From Squalus acanthias (taxonomy: Eukaryota): a stretch of 64,000 nucleotides of DNA. Location of the stretch: positions 124,001 through 188,000 of the forward strand of contig JASTWF010000338.1 of the NCBI GenBank assembly GCA_030390025.1, read 5' to 3'. A model generated the notes under the pieces. It made no database searches and was not told where the DNA came from. It saw only the letters and a program-made list of their open reading frames with translations. A program made the translations under genes and the position numbers. Of the stretch, positions 49,006 through 61,619 are shown one piece after another (position 1 is the stretch's first letter; each line of letters starts with the position of its first letter).

Positions 49006-52000
49006 TAAAGTTTGACAGCTCCATTTATGTTACATGACTGAAGAGCACTTTAACAATTTACAACTGTAAAAATCAGTTCCAAGTATTGCTCTGAAATGCA
49101 GACCCTGTAAATGTCGGGATGGACAATTGGAATTTGGCTTCAGATCTGCTTTTGGAGGTCGGCTTTACTTCAGTGAACTTTGGGTGGTCCAGATCACACC
49201 GACATTTACAATGACCCTGTTTTTGAGAGAGGTACCGAGCTGATTTTACTATTTGCAATAAGAGACATGCAAGTCATCTCTTGGCCCCTCTTCTCAGTGA
49301 CATTTACAAAGTGCTTTACATTTTTCTATGTTGAACGAATGAGAGATGAAGAAAAACATTGTTAAAATTTGTAAAGTGACCTCATCTGGACCTGTTCCTT
49401 TGGACAAACCAAATACCTGAATTTTACTAATTGGAGATTTTATAACATGAGACACAAAATGTTCCTGCAATTCTCTCTGACTCTTTATTCTTGTCAGGCC
49501 TGGAAAATTACCAGCCATAAGCACAGACTCGATAACAACAGGGGCCCCACATGAATTAGATTTGGTCACCCTGCAGGATTCATTTGGCCTTCACCGAGGA
49601 GTCAAGGAATGGTCCTCTAACGGGACACCGTCACCTTCACCCATCGACTGGTTGGAGCAAACAGAGGTGATGGGGACAGAGCAGCCTCTGCTGTCCCACC
49701 GAGTACTGGGGGAGTCTGTACCAATAGTGTGTGTCCCACCACAGCTGGCGGAGGATTTCTTTCACATTCCCATCCGACAGGGGGACACTATTCAGCTGAG
49801 GTTACGTCTCAAAATGTGTGTAAGGTTGTTTGGTGGCCCGGTATAAAAGATGAAATTACGAAACACTGTCAATGATGTTTAGTTAGTTTACAACAGAACC
49901 TTTCCCTGCTCACTAATTGTGCTTTTCTCTGGTCTGCTCCACCCCCAGAGGGGCCGTGGACACATCTTCAAATCGGTTTTATTGGACCACTGCAAAGGTC
50001 CAGCGCAGGGCATCAATACTGCCTGGTGATTATCAACAAATTCACCAAGTGGATTGAGACCTTCCCATGTAAAACTAACACGGCAATTACTGCAGTGCGC
50101 TCACTGCTGAGTGAGGTGATCAGCAGGTGGGGATTGCCCACACAGGTAGATAGTGACCAAGTTACACACTTCATGGGACAAGATTTCATGGAATTGCAAA
50201 AATCGATTTCCACCCCAATATTTCTGAGCATCAACCACTTGGGAACATTGTCGAAACTTTGACTTGCCTGAACACATTCATATATCATAACACATTGATA
50301 TGCTTCCCAGTACATAATCCTAGAATAGATTCATATACTTCGCAGAATGCATTCTTATAGTTACCAGAACACTTTCATGTTCTTCCCAGAATGGATTCAT
50401 ATACTTCGCAGAGTGCATTCCTGTACTAACCAGAGACTTGAGCACAAGAAACTACTAGGCTGACACTCTAGTGTAGTACTGAGGGAGTGCTGCACTGTTG
50501 GAGGTGCTGTCTTTTGGGTTAGGCATTAAACCGAGGCCCCATCTGCCCGCACAGTGGATGTGAAAGATCACATGGCACTAATTTGAAGAAGAGCAGGGGA
50601 GTTCTCTCCGGTGTCCTGGCCAATATTTATCCCTCAATCAACATCGCTAAAAACAGAATTATGGTCATTATCACATTGCTGTTTGTAGGAGCTTGCTGTG
50701 TGCAAATTGGCTGCCGCGTTTCCTACATTACAATAGTGATTAATCTTCAAAAGAACTTCATTGGTTGAAAAGCACTTTGGGACGTCCTGAGGTAATTTAA
50801 GGCGCTATATAAATGTCTTACTTTCTTTCTGTCAAAACACATGCATATACTTCCCAGATTGCAGTCAGATACTTCCCAGAACACATTTGCGATCCCATAA
50901 CACATTCATGTATTTCCCAAAACACATTCATACAGAACATCCCAGAAAAAATGATATACTTCCCAGATCACGTTCATGTACTTCACAGACCACATTCCTA
51001 TACTTCCCATTTATATACTTCCCAGTATACATTCCTAGAACAGATTCATATACTTCCCTATACACATTAATGTATTTCCCAGAGCACTTTCATGTACCCA
51101 GAACCCATTCATCATACTTAGAATGTGGAACTCACTAACACAAGGAGCAGTTGTGGAGAATAACATAGATGAATTTCAGGGGATGCGACATAAACACATG
51201 AGGGAGAAAGGAGTAGAAGGTTATGCTGATAGGGTTGGATGAAGAGGGGTGGGAGGAGGCTCGTGTGGAGGATAAACACTGACATAGACCTGTTGGGCCA
51301 AATGGCCTGTTTCTGTGCTGTACATGTTGTGTGATTCTATGTAATGTAATAGAAACCTTTATAAATCACCAGATTCAGCCTCAGCTGCAGTATTGTCTCA
51401 AATTCTGGGCCCCACACTTTAGGAAGGATGTCACAGCCTTGGAAAGGGTGCAGAGGAGATTTACTAGAATGGTACCAGGAATGAGGGACTTCAGTTAGGT
51501 GGCGAGATTAGAGAAGCTGGAGTTGTTCATCTTAGAGCAGAGAAAGCTAAGGGGAGATTTAATGGAGGCCTTCAAAATCATGAAGGGTTTTGATAGAGGA
51601 AATCAGGAGCAACTGTTTCCACTGGCAGAAGGGTCGATAACCAGAGGACACAAACTTAAGGAAATTGGCAAAAGAGTCAGAGGTTAGATGAGGAGAATTT
51701 TTTTTATGCAGCGAGTTATTATGACCTGGAATGCACAGCCTGCAAGGATGGTGGAAGCAGATTCAATTGTAACTTTCAAAAAGAATTGGTTAAATACTTG
51801 AAGGGGAGAAAATTGCAAGGCTATGTGGAAAAGTTCAGAACTCAAATGTCAGAGCATTGGAATCACCATGGTACTCCATGGAACCATTGAGGTTTACAGC
51901 ACAGAAGGAAGTCATTTGGACCTTGTGTCTGTGTCAGCTCTGGGCGAGATATGATTGAATCATAGAATCAGAGAAAGATTGGGAGTCCACCAGCAATAGA

Positions 52001-55000
52001 ACAGAATTGCCCATGGAAAACCAAAAAACTTACTTGAGAGATGGAAGAAAGAAAGAGAGCGACCTCATTTAAAGGCAGCCTAATTTAAGGAGAAGAGTCT
52101 GAACTGGACGTGGCAGAAACAAGTGAGAGGAAGAGAAGAGCAGCTCATTTCAAGGGTGTCTGACAGGGTGGGTGAAGATGTCGCTGGTAGGGCCGAGGTA
52201 GAAGACCACTTGTATCTTTCTTAATCCTCCCCATAGCAGCAACTTATTTGGTTTATCTAGAGAAACAGAATATGAAGAGATTGGCCCGTATTTTCCGATC
52301 CCTACGGGTGTGTACGAGCTGTGTATACACCCGTAGCGACCTCGCAAGTGCCGGTTTCAGGCATGTGAAGTGCATGGACTGAAAACTGGCACTCCCGATC
52401 GGTCAAGAATCCTCTTGACAGATCGCACGCCTGCCCTGGAGAAGGGCCTCTGCGGGTGGAGAGTTCCGCTTTCTGTAGAACCTCCGCCCGCTGAAATCAC
52501 TTAAAAAATCTTACACCTGGTAAAAAAAAAATTTCACTCATTTATAATTTTAAAATACTTTTAGAAAAGGTAAGATTCATTTTAGCCCCGTAAAAAATTA
52601 TTTTTTTGTTTAAAATATTTAATTTAATGTAATTTTAACTAATTTTAAAAACGTGATAAAAAAAATGTATTTAATGTTTTGATGTGTTTTTTGAGTGATC
52701 CCCATTCATACTTTTGACAGGTCTAAGCTGAGATTCCTGTCAAAGTGTGAAGGGGGATTCCCTTCTTTCATTAGTTCCCCATGGCCCACGTGATCCCAGG
52801 GATGCTGGTGAACCGCCTGCGCCCCTGGGATTCCTGGGCCCTGCGCATTTCGTAGAGCAGAGGCCCAGGAGCGGAAATGTCCGGACCTCCGGAGCCCTCA
52901 GGTAAGGGCGTAGATTTTTTCCAGATCGGAGGCCTCCACACGCAGGAAGCCTCCAATGGGAAAATACGGGCCGTTGTATATTCGGCGGTTACCATGACGG
53001 TCCTCTGTAGTTTTTGTAGGTGCCTGATCGTGTTGTACCTTTGTTTGCGCTCCCAAACCTTTACACAGGCAAGCTGCAGATGATCCAGAAAAACCTGCAG
53101 CAGCCACTGGCCCTGGAATGCCTGTGTCCCCAACAGGTTCGGCTGCACGGCTGCTCAGGATCACCAAGTCTTCTTCCTCATGAGGGGTCAGCTGTCTGTT
53201 ACCAGAGGGACCACAACTCATGACCTGAGATTCTGGGTGGTTCTGGCTCACTTCCTCCTGTGAGAAAGAAGAGAAGAAGACATGAGTTCTGTAGTGAAGG
53301 CTGGACTGACATTCTGATTGAGGCATGTGCCTCGCTGTATTTATATTCGGCTGCTTTTCCCGACCCAACACCATTGTGGGAGCACCAACAACACAAGGAC
53401 TGCAGCAATTCAAGAAGAGGGCCCACCACCACCTTCTGAGGGCTATTGGGGATGGGCAATAAATACGACTTTGCGCAAGCGCAAAATTTAACATTGGAAA
53501 AGCGGGTCCCGGGCTGGGCTGGACCGGCAGAGAGCTGCGCGGCCGTTAGAGGGAGCATTGGTCAGGAGCCCACTGTTTGCTGCCATTTTTGTGCCAGCTC
53601 ATTTTACTTTTGTCACTAAGAGATGGAAAGACATTTTGTCAATGCTAGTTTGATGATCACGTTAGATTTTGTGTCTTGTGGAAACATTTGAGTCGTGTTT
53701 TGCAGAGAGTGAAAAACTTGCTTCAAGAAATTATGTTAAAATCTACCTTCTGATCCAAAAAAGATCTTTCATTTAATTGATAAATACATTACTGCTTGTC
53801 CATTAAATGAGAGGCTTGATACAGTCCCATCATTAAATTATCTCAGCAATAATTCCCATAATTAGTGATGTGTATCAGGAAATGGAAGTTTTATTGCCTC
53901 CGAAATAATGTCCCTTTGCTTGCAAGGCTTCCTGGCATAATACACCAATCCGAATCTTCGCACCTTACACCAAACCATATTCCCATTTGATTTCCAGATT
54001 TTCAATTGTTTGCCGAATATAAAATTTGGGAACCAATTATTTAACCCCTTTTTGATCTGATTAATTAAAGACCTCCAATCATACTACACAGAATTTCCTT
54101 TGAGATCAATTGTTCCTTATAGTTTTTGTTGTTCCCACAATTAGTATTTCGATTAGGAAAGACAGTCACAAATGACATCCTGTGTGACTGTGACAAAGGC
54201 AAACTATCCCTCCTCGACCTTCTCGACCTGTCTGCAGCCTTTGACACGGTTGACCACTCCATCCTTCTCCAACACCTCTCCACCGTCGTCCAGCTGGGTG
54301 GGACTGCACGCGCCTGGTTCCATTATTATCTGTCTAATAATCGTAGCCAGAGAATCACCTGCAATGGCTTCGCTTCCCGCTCCTGCATTGTTACCTCTGG
54401 TGTTCCCCAAGGATCTATTCTTGGCCCCCTCCAATATCTCATCTACATGCTGTCCCTCGGTGACATCATCTGAAATCACAGCGTCAGTTTCCACATGTAC
54501 GCTGATGACACCCAGTTCTACCTCACCACCACTCCTCTCGACCCCTCCACTGTCTGTAAGTTGTCAGACTGCTTGTCCGACATCCAGTACTGGATGAACA
54601 GAAATTTCCTCGAACTAAATATTGGGAAGACCAAAGGCATTGCCTTCGCCTCCACCACAAACTCCGCTCCCTAGCCATCAACTCCATCCAAATCTCTAGC
54701 CTCTGTCTAATACTGAACCATACTGTTCGCAACCTTGGTGTCATATTTGACCCTGAAATGAGCTTCTGACTACATATCCACACCATCACTAAGACCAACT
54801 ATTTCCACCTCCGTAACATTGCCTGACTCACTCCTGCCTCAGCTCATCTCTGCTGAAACCCTCATCCATGTTTTTGTTACCTCTAGACTTGACTCTTCCA
54901 ATGCACTCCTGACTGGTCTCCCACGTTCCACCCTACATAAACTGGAGGTCATCCAAAACATAAGAACATAAGAAATAGGTGCAGGAGTCGGCCATTTGGC

Positions 55001-58000
55001 CCTTCGAGCCTGCTCCGCCATTCAATAAGATCATGGCTGATCTTCTACTTCATCTTCACTTTCCTGCACTATCCCCATATCCTTTGATTCCCTTAATATT
55101 CAAAAATCTATCGATCCCTGTCTTGAATATACTCAACGACTGAGCCTCCACAGCCTTCTGGGGTAGAGAATTCCAAAGATTCACCACCCTCTGAGTGAAG
55201 AAATTTCTCCTCATCTCAGTCCTAAATGGCCGACCCCTTATTCTGAGACTGTGACCCCTGGTTCTAGGCTCCCCAGCCAGGGGAAACGTCCTCCCTGCAT
55301 CTACCCTGTCAAGGCCTGTAAGAATTGTATATGTTTCAATGAGATCACCTCTCATTCTTCTAAACTCTAGAGAATATAGGCCTAGTCTACTCAATCTGTC
55401 CTCATAGGACAATCCCCCATCCCAGGTGAACCTTCGTTGCACTCCATCTATGGCAAGTATATCCTTCCTTAGGTAAGGAGACCAAAACTGTACACAATAC
55501 TCCAGCTGTGGTCTCACCAGGGCCCTATATAATTGCAGTAAGACGTCTTTGCTCTTATACTCAAATCCTCTTGTATTAAAGGCCAACATACCATTTGCTT
55601 TCCTAAATGATTGCTGTACCTGCATGTTAACTTTCAGTGATTCGTGTATAAGGAGACCCAGGTCCCACTGAACACCAACATTTCCCAATCTCTCACCATT
55701 TAAAAAACTCTGCTTTTCTATTTTTCCTACCAAAGTGGATAACTTCACATAACTTTCGCAGTAGTGAGCGTGGTGGTGTCACTCCGAGCTGAAACTTAAA
55801 AACCGAATACAGCTTGTCTTTCCATTCAGCAATTCAATGTGGCAAATAGAAGTAAGGGGTTAATTACATGTTCACTGTGAAAAACCCTTGGGGGTGGGGA
55901 GGAGTCAGCCAGCACAATGGCAGTTTCAGACCTGCTGTTTAATCAATAAAAAAGTGCATTAAAAGTTCAAATTGTAACTTTGTAAATCTCCAAAGCTGCT
56001 TTTTATCCTCTTTAAAAAAAAGTCTTTGTGTGTTTCAACAGTGGAATAAAATAAATTTCATTCAGAATAAATCCACACCAGCGTCTTGAATTTAAAATGT
56101 CCAATTTTCATTAAAGGACAAGGGGGGAAAATTGAGTTGCGCCAACTTTGGGGCGCTAACTTCGCCGGGGCGGTCATTTTAGTGCCCCAAAAATAATTAG
56201 CGCCCCCACAGCTGAAATTGAATGGTAGTGCCCCAAGAGGGAAGCGGGGTGCGACTGGAAGCGCCCCACCTCCCTCTTGGGGCACTGCGAGGGAATAGGA
56301 CGCTAAAAGAGTGTGACATTAATTTCAGCTTACCAACCATATTCACGCTCTCAGCGTCACACTCCAGGTACCTCAATCACACTCCATCACTGAATCCTTA
56401 TTTGCTCTCATCCCCCTTAAAAAAATATATGAATTCCCTGTAAAGGTTCTGAACTCACAGGTCGTAGGCCCAAGGAACATCAACATAGTTTAAATAAGTA
56501 GATGTCTGTAGTGGCCCTCCACAGAAATCCGGTATTATAATTTGATAATTTGATCAGACACTCAGCCTGACAACTTAAAAACTCATGTGAGAAAGACCTT
56601 TAGTCAGACTTGTATTGGCTCCTGTTTAAAAGTGTTCTCCTTCTCATCCGTTGCTGGAAGGACGGGGTGTAGTGAATGGAAAGGGGCTCCTGGGGAGTGT
56701 AAATTGTTGTTGCTGTTGTTGAAGTACATGAATGCATTCTGGGAAGTGTATGAATGTGTTCTCGAATCATTGAATCAAGCAGAACAGAAGGAGGCCGTTT
56801 GGCCCATCGAGCCGGTGCTGCCTCTGATCAATCTACCAATTAGGACCACTCTCCGCTCTTTCCCCATAGCCCTGCAAATTGTTCCTTTTTAACTTGCGAT
56901 CCTATTCCCAATTTAAAAGTTACGATTGAATCTGCTCCCACCACCCTTTCAGGCAAAGCATTCCGGATCAGAACAACTCTCAGGGTAAAAATAAATTCTC
57001 CTCATCTCCCCCCTGGCTTTTTTGACAATTATTTTAAATCTGTGTCCTCTGCTAACCGACTCTCCTGCCAGTGGAAACAGTTTCGCCCTATCGACTCGAT
57101 CAAAACCCCTCACAAACACTTTTATTAAATCTCCCCTTAACATTCTCTGCTCTAAGAAGAGCAATCCCAGCTTCTCTGGTCTATCCCGATAACTGAAACC
57201 CTTCATCGCTGGAACCATTCTAGTTAATGTCCTCTGCACCCTCTCCAAGGCCTTGACCCCTTTCTAAATTCTGGTGCCCAGATTTGTGAGCAATCCTCTA
57301 GCTGAGGTCTAAACATTGATTTATTAAGGTTTAGCATAACATCCTTGCATTTGTACACTAAGCCGCTATTTATAAAACCAAGGATCCCTTCTGCTTTTTT
57401 AACAGCTTTATCAACTTTTTCTTCCATGTTCAAAGCTTTATGTATGTGAACACCCTGTATATCTGGAGAGTATCGGAATGTGTTCTGGGAAATACATGGA
57501 TGTGTTTTGGGTCGATGAATGTGTGCTGGATATATAAATGTGTTTTGGGAGTATATGAATGTGTTCTGAGACATTACATCATTGAAGGCCATGGGATTAA
57601 AGGGCCAGTGGCAGCGTGGATACAAAATTGTCTGAGGGACAGAAAGCAGAGAGCAGTGGTGAACGGGTGTTTTCGAGTGATGAGCCCAGGGGTCGCTATT
57701 CAGACCACTGCTCATTTTGATAGATATCAATGACCTGGAATTGGATATACAGGGCATCATTTCCTACTTTGCAGATGACACGAAACTCCTGTTTAGTGAG
57801 GAGGATAGTAGCAGACTTCAGGAGGACTTAGACAGACTGGTGAAATGGGCCGACACATGGCAGATGGAATTTAACGCAGAGAAGTGTGAAGTGATACATT
57901 TTGGAAGGAAGAATGAGGAAAGGCAACATAAACAAAATGGTCCAATGTTAAAGGGAGTTCAGGTACAGAGAGACCTGAGGGTTTAGGTACAAAAATCTTT

Positions 58001-58067
58001 GTAGCTGGACGAACCAGTTATTCAGATTGTGAAAAAGCAAACGGGATCCTTGACTTTATAAATTGAG
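49006..58067 (+). repeat. Segmental duplication, copy B (IN relic ~49562-50200, DeuSINE ~50430-50831, MITE 52283-52972, L2 ~54156-54958, CR1 pieces)
   Basis: Collinear with 21149-32144. Lacks the solo LTR and ~298 bp (copy A ~25610-25908). Interrupted by Penelope at ~58067. Confidence 0.95.
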
Positions 58068-58111
58068 AGGTCGCACAACACCAGGTTATAGTCCAACAGT
58101 TTTATTTGAAA

Positions 58112-58149
58112 TCACAAGCTTTCGGAGCTATCACTCCTTCCTCAGGTGA
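58112..58149 (-). ncRNA. Minimal type-I hammerhead ribozyme in the Penelope pLTR
   Basis: UCAC-CUGAGGA-A-GGAG ugauag CUCC-GAAA-GCUU-GUGA, followed by AAUAAA. Confidence 0.75.
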
Positions 58150-58482
58150 AGTAAATTGGATACAGAATCGCCAGAGCATATATAGATGGAAAAAAAAGCA
58201 TGTGTACTTTACAATTGCAGACCAATAAATTAAATCATCCTGACTATCTGCCGAGGTGTGATAAAGTTAATTAAGTCAGCCAGGAAGGTACCACATCAAA
58301 AGACATAGCAAGATACAACTGAGACAATGAGGTGTAGTCGCAGGGGTTCCAACGTGTCAAAAGCTGCCGTCTGTATGTAAAACGAAAAGCTTTAAAAAAA
58401 ATTTACTTTTTTACTGGGAAAATTTTTACTTTTTTACTGGGAATCACATCTGTGAACAAGCTAACGACGACTCGAGTCCGGA

Positions 58483-61161
58483 TCACGTCATGTATCGTGA
58501 CATAAACCCAAGATCCCGATTGAGACCGTCTTCATGAGTTCGGAACTTGGCTATCAGTTTCTGCTCGATGATTTTGCGTTGTCGTGTGTTTCTAAGGTTG
58601 CCTTGGAGAACGCTTACCCGCAGATCCGAGGCTGAATGTCCTTGACTGCTGAAGTGTTCCCCGACTGGGAGGTAACAATCCTGCCTGGCGATTGTTGCGC
58701 GGTGCTCGTTCATACGTTGTCTCAGTGTCTGCATGGTCTCGCCGATGTACCATGCCGCGGTGCATTCTTTCCTGCAACGTATGAGGTAGACAACGTTGGC
58801 CGAGTCACATGAGTATGTACCATGTACCTGGTGGGTAGTGTCCTCACGTGTGATGGTGGTATCTGTGTTGATGATCTGGCATGTCTTGCAGAGTTTGCCA
58901 TGGCAGGGTTGTGTGGTGTCGTGGTCGCTGTTATCCTGAAAGCTGGGTAATTTGCTGCGAACGATGGTACTTCTGAGGTTAGGCGGCTGTTTGAAGGCAA
59001 GTAGTGGAGGCGTGGGGATGGCCTTAGCGAGGTGTTTGTCGTCATCGATGACATGTTGAAGGCTGCGAAGAACATGTCGTAGTTTCTCCGCTCCGGGGAA
59101 GTACTGGACGACGTAGGGTACCCTGTTGGTTGTGTCCCGTGTTTGCCTTCTGAGGAGGTCTATGCGATTTTTCGCTGTGGCCCGTCGGAACTGTCGATCG
59201 ATGAGTCGAGCGTCATATCCCGTTCTTACGAGGGCGTTTTTCAGCGTCCGTAGGTGTCCATCGCGTTCCTCCTCGTCTGAGCAGATCCTGTGTATTCGCA
59301 GGGCTTGTCCATAGGGGATGGCTTCTTTAACATGGTTAGGGTGGAAGCTGGAGAAGTGGAGCATCGTGAGGTTGTCCGTGGGCTTGCGGTAGAGTGAAGT
59401 GCTGAGGTGTCCGTCTTTGATGGAGATTCGTGTGTCCAGGAATGAGACCGATTCTGAGGAGTAGTCCATGGTGAGTTTGATGGTGGGATGGAACTTGTTT
59501 ATGTTATCGTGTAGTCTTTTCAGTGATCCTTCGCCATGGGTCCAAAGGAAGAAAATGTCGTCGATGTATCTGGTGTACAGCGTTGGCTGGAGGTCCTGTG
59601 CAGCGAAGAAGTCTTGCTCGAACTTGTGCATGAAGATGTTGGCGTATTGGGGTGCGAATTTGGTCCCCATGGCTGTTCCGTGTGTTTGGGTAAAAAAATG
59701 GTTGTCGAAGGTGAAGACATTGTGGTCAAGGATGAAGCGGATGAGTTGTAGGATGGCGTCTGGAGATTGGCTGTTGTTGATGTTGAGTACTGAGGCTGTT
59801 GCAGCGATGCCGTCATCGTGGGGGATACTGGTGTAGAGTGCCGATACGTCCATCGTGGCAAGGAGTGTTCCTGGTTCAACTGGTCCGTGGGTGCTGAGTT
59901 TCTGTAAGAAGTCTGTAGTGTCGCGACAGAAGCTGGGGGTTCCCTGTACGATGGGTTTCAGAATGCCCTCGACGTATCCAGAGAGGTTCTCACACAGGGT
60001 TCCATTGCCTGATACGATAGGACGTCCGGGTGTGTTGGCTTTGTGTATCTTTGGGAGGCAGTAGAAGTCTCCCACGCGGGGAGTACGTGGGATGAGAGCG
60101 CGTAGGATGTTTTGAAGGTCTGGATCGAAGGTCTTGATCAGTCTATTGAGTTGGCGGGTGTGTTCTTTGGTCGGATCTGCGGGTAGCTGTCTGTAGTGTT
60201 CCTGGTTGTCCAGTTGTCGGTATGCTTCTTTACAATAGTCCGTTCTGTTCTGTATGACGATGGCTCCTCCTTTGTCCGCTGGTTTGATGACAATGTTGCG
60301 GTTGGTCTTGAGAGCGTGGATGGCGTTGCGTTGTGCTCGGGTGACATTCTGGACTGTCTTGTGAGTGCGGCTGATGAATCTGGCGTTGATGCATTTCCTG
60401 ACAGCTTGAGCATACATGTCAAGCTTGGGGCAGCGACCCTCCGGAGGGGTCCAGTTTGACTCTTTTTTCTTCGGTTGCTGCACTGCGAGTCCCTCTGTCT
60501 GCTGTTCTGGATCATTGATTGTCTCATTGGGTTTGTTGCTGACATCTTGGGATTTGTGGAAGTATTCCCGGAGCCTCATTCTCCTGATGAATTCCTCCGT
60601 GTCTGCCGCGAGACCGATGGGGTCCATTTTGGTGGTTGGGCAGAACTTGAGCCCTAGGGCGAGAACTTCGATTTCGTCTGGTTGAAGGGTGTGGTCCGAC
60701 AGGTTGACGATGGACTTCCCTGTGGTTGCAACCATGGTACCGGGGGAGGCTTGGTTGCTGCTGGTGGTGATGCCGAGTTTCTCAAGCTTCCTGTTCTTGA
60801 TGCGCATGTAGGCAGCGTAGTTCCGTTGCCTCGTCTGTTTGGTGGTGTCTCGTAACTGGTCTGCTGTGTCCTGAGCACAGGCTGAGAGCATGGACTCTAT
60901 CTTGGTTTCGAGGTTGTGGCGTTTGCTGTAGAGCTGGTGTACGAGATGGTTGAGGAGTGTGCGAGAGGTACGACGGCAGAGTCTCTCAGCGTAGTCTGTG
61001 TTGTATGTCGACTTGAGTGGGTTCGTGATCTGTAGTCCTTTCGGGATCTTGTCTGCTTTCTTGCATCTCTGTAGATACTTGATGTCGGTGTCGATATGCG
61101 CGATCTTCTTGGCGATTCTCTCCACTTTGAGCCGGCAGTTTGTGGTGTCGATAGTGGTCAT
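58483..61161 (-). CDS. Penelope-like RT / GIY-YIG endonuclease, 892 aa from the ATG at 61161 (frame open to 61233), intact
   Basis: N-terminal YLQRC..IPKG; VIKPADKGG; PKIHK..PGRPIVS; DVSALYTSIP; GTAMG; YIDD; Cys linker CHGKLCKTC; VVYLIRC...YIGET; terminal GLN. Confidence 0.95.
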   Translation of the reverse strand: MTTIDTTNCRLKVERIAKKIAHIDTDIKYLQRCKKADKIPKGLQITNPLKSTYNTDYAERLCRRTSRTLLNHLVHQLYSKRHNLETKIESMLSACAQDTADQLRDTTKQTRQRNYAAYMRIKNRKLEKLGITTSSNQASPGTMVATTGKSIVNLSDHTLQPDEIEVLALGLKFCPTTKMDPIGLAADTEEFIRRMRLREYFHKSQDVSNKPNETINDPEQQTEGLAVQQPKKKESNWTPPEGRCPKLDMYAQAVRKCINARFISRTHKTVQNVTRAQRNAIHALKTNRNIVIKPADKGGAIVIQNRTDYCKEAYRQLDNQEHYRQLPADPTKEHTRQLNRLIKTFDPDLQNILRALIPRTPRVGDFYCLPKIHKANTPGRPIVSGNGTLCENLSGYVEGILKPIVQGTPSFCRDTTDFLQKLSTHGPVEPGTLLATMDVSALYTSIPHDDGIAATASVLNINNSQSPDAILQLIRFILDHNVFTFDNHFFTQTHGTAMGTKFAPQYANIFMHKFEQDFFAAQDLQPTLYTRYIDDIFFLWTHGEGSLKRLHDNINKFHPTIKLTMDYSSESVSFLDTRISIKDGHLSTSLYRKPTDNLTMLHFSSFHPNHVKEAIPYGQALRIHRICSDEEERDGHLRTLKNALVRTGYDARLIDRQFRRATAKNRIDLLRRQTRDTTNRVPYVVQYFPGAEKLRHVLRSLQHVIDDDKHLAKAIPTPPLLAFKQPPNLRSTIVRSKLPSFQDNSDHDTTQPCHGKLCKTCQIINTDTTITREDTTHQVHGTYSCDSANVVYLIRCRKECTAAWYIGETMQTLRQRMNEHRATIARQDCYLPVGEHFSSQGHSASDLRVSVLQGNLRNTRQRKIIEQKLIAKFRTHEDGLNRDLGFMSRYMT

Positions 61162-61248
61162 GATGCGGAGATGCCGGTGTTGGACTGGGGTGGACAAAAT
61201 TGAGAGGTCGCACAACACCAGGTTATAGTCCAACAGTTTTATTTGAAA

Positions 61249-61286
61249 TCACAAGCTTTCGGAGCTATCACTCCTTCCTCAGGTGA
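61249..61286 (-). ncRNA. Minimal type-I hammerhead ribozyme (between tandem units)
   Basis: Identical to 58112-58149; lies ~90 nt upstream of the ATG at 61161. Confidence 0.75.
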
Positions 61287-61619
61287 AGTAAATTGGATAC
61301 AGAATCGCCAGAGCATATATAGATGGAAAAAAAAGCATGTGTACTTTACAATTGCAGACCAATAAATTAAATCATCCTGACTATCTGCCGAGGTGTGATA
61401 AAGTTAATTAAGTCAGCCAGGAAGGTACCACATCAAAAGACATAGCAAGATACAACTGAGACAATGAGGTGTAGTCGCAGGGGTTCCAACGTGTCAAAAG
61501 CTGCCGTCTGTATGTAAAACGAAAAGCTTTAAAAAAAATTTACTTTTTTACTGGGAAAATTTTTACTTTTTTACTGGGAATCACATCTGTGAACAAGCTA
61601 ACGACGACTCGAGTCCGGA

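Noticed and set aside
61162..61233. N-terminal 24 aa of the 916-aa Penelope ORF
   Set aside because: It starts at TTG within the pLTR tail; the first ATG (61161) sits just before the conserved N-terminal motif.
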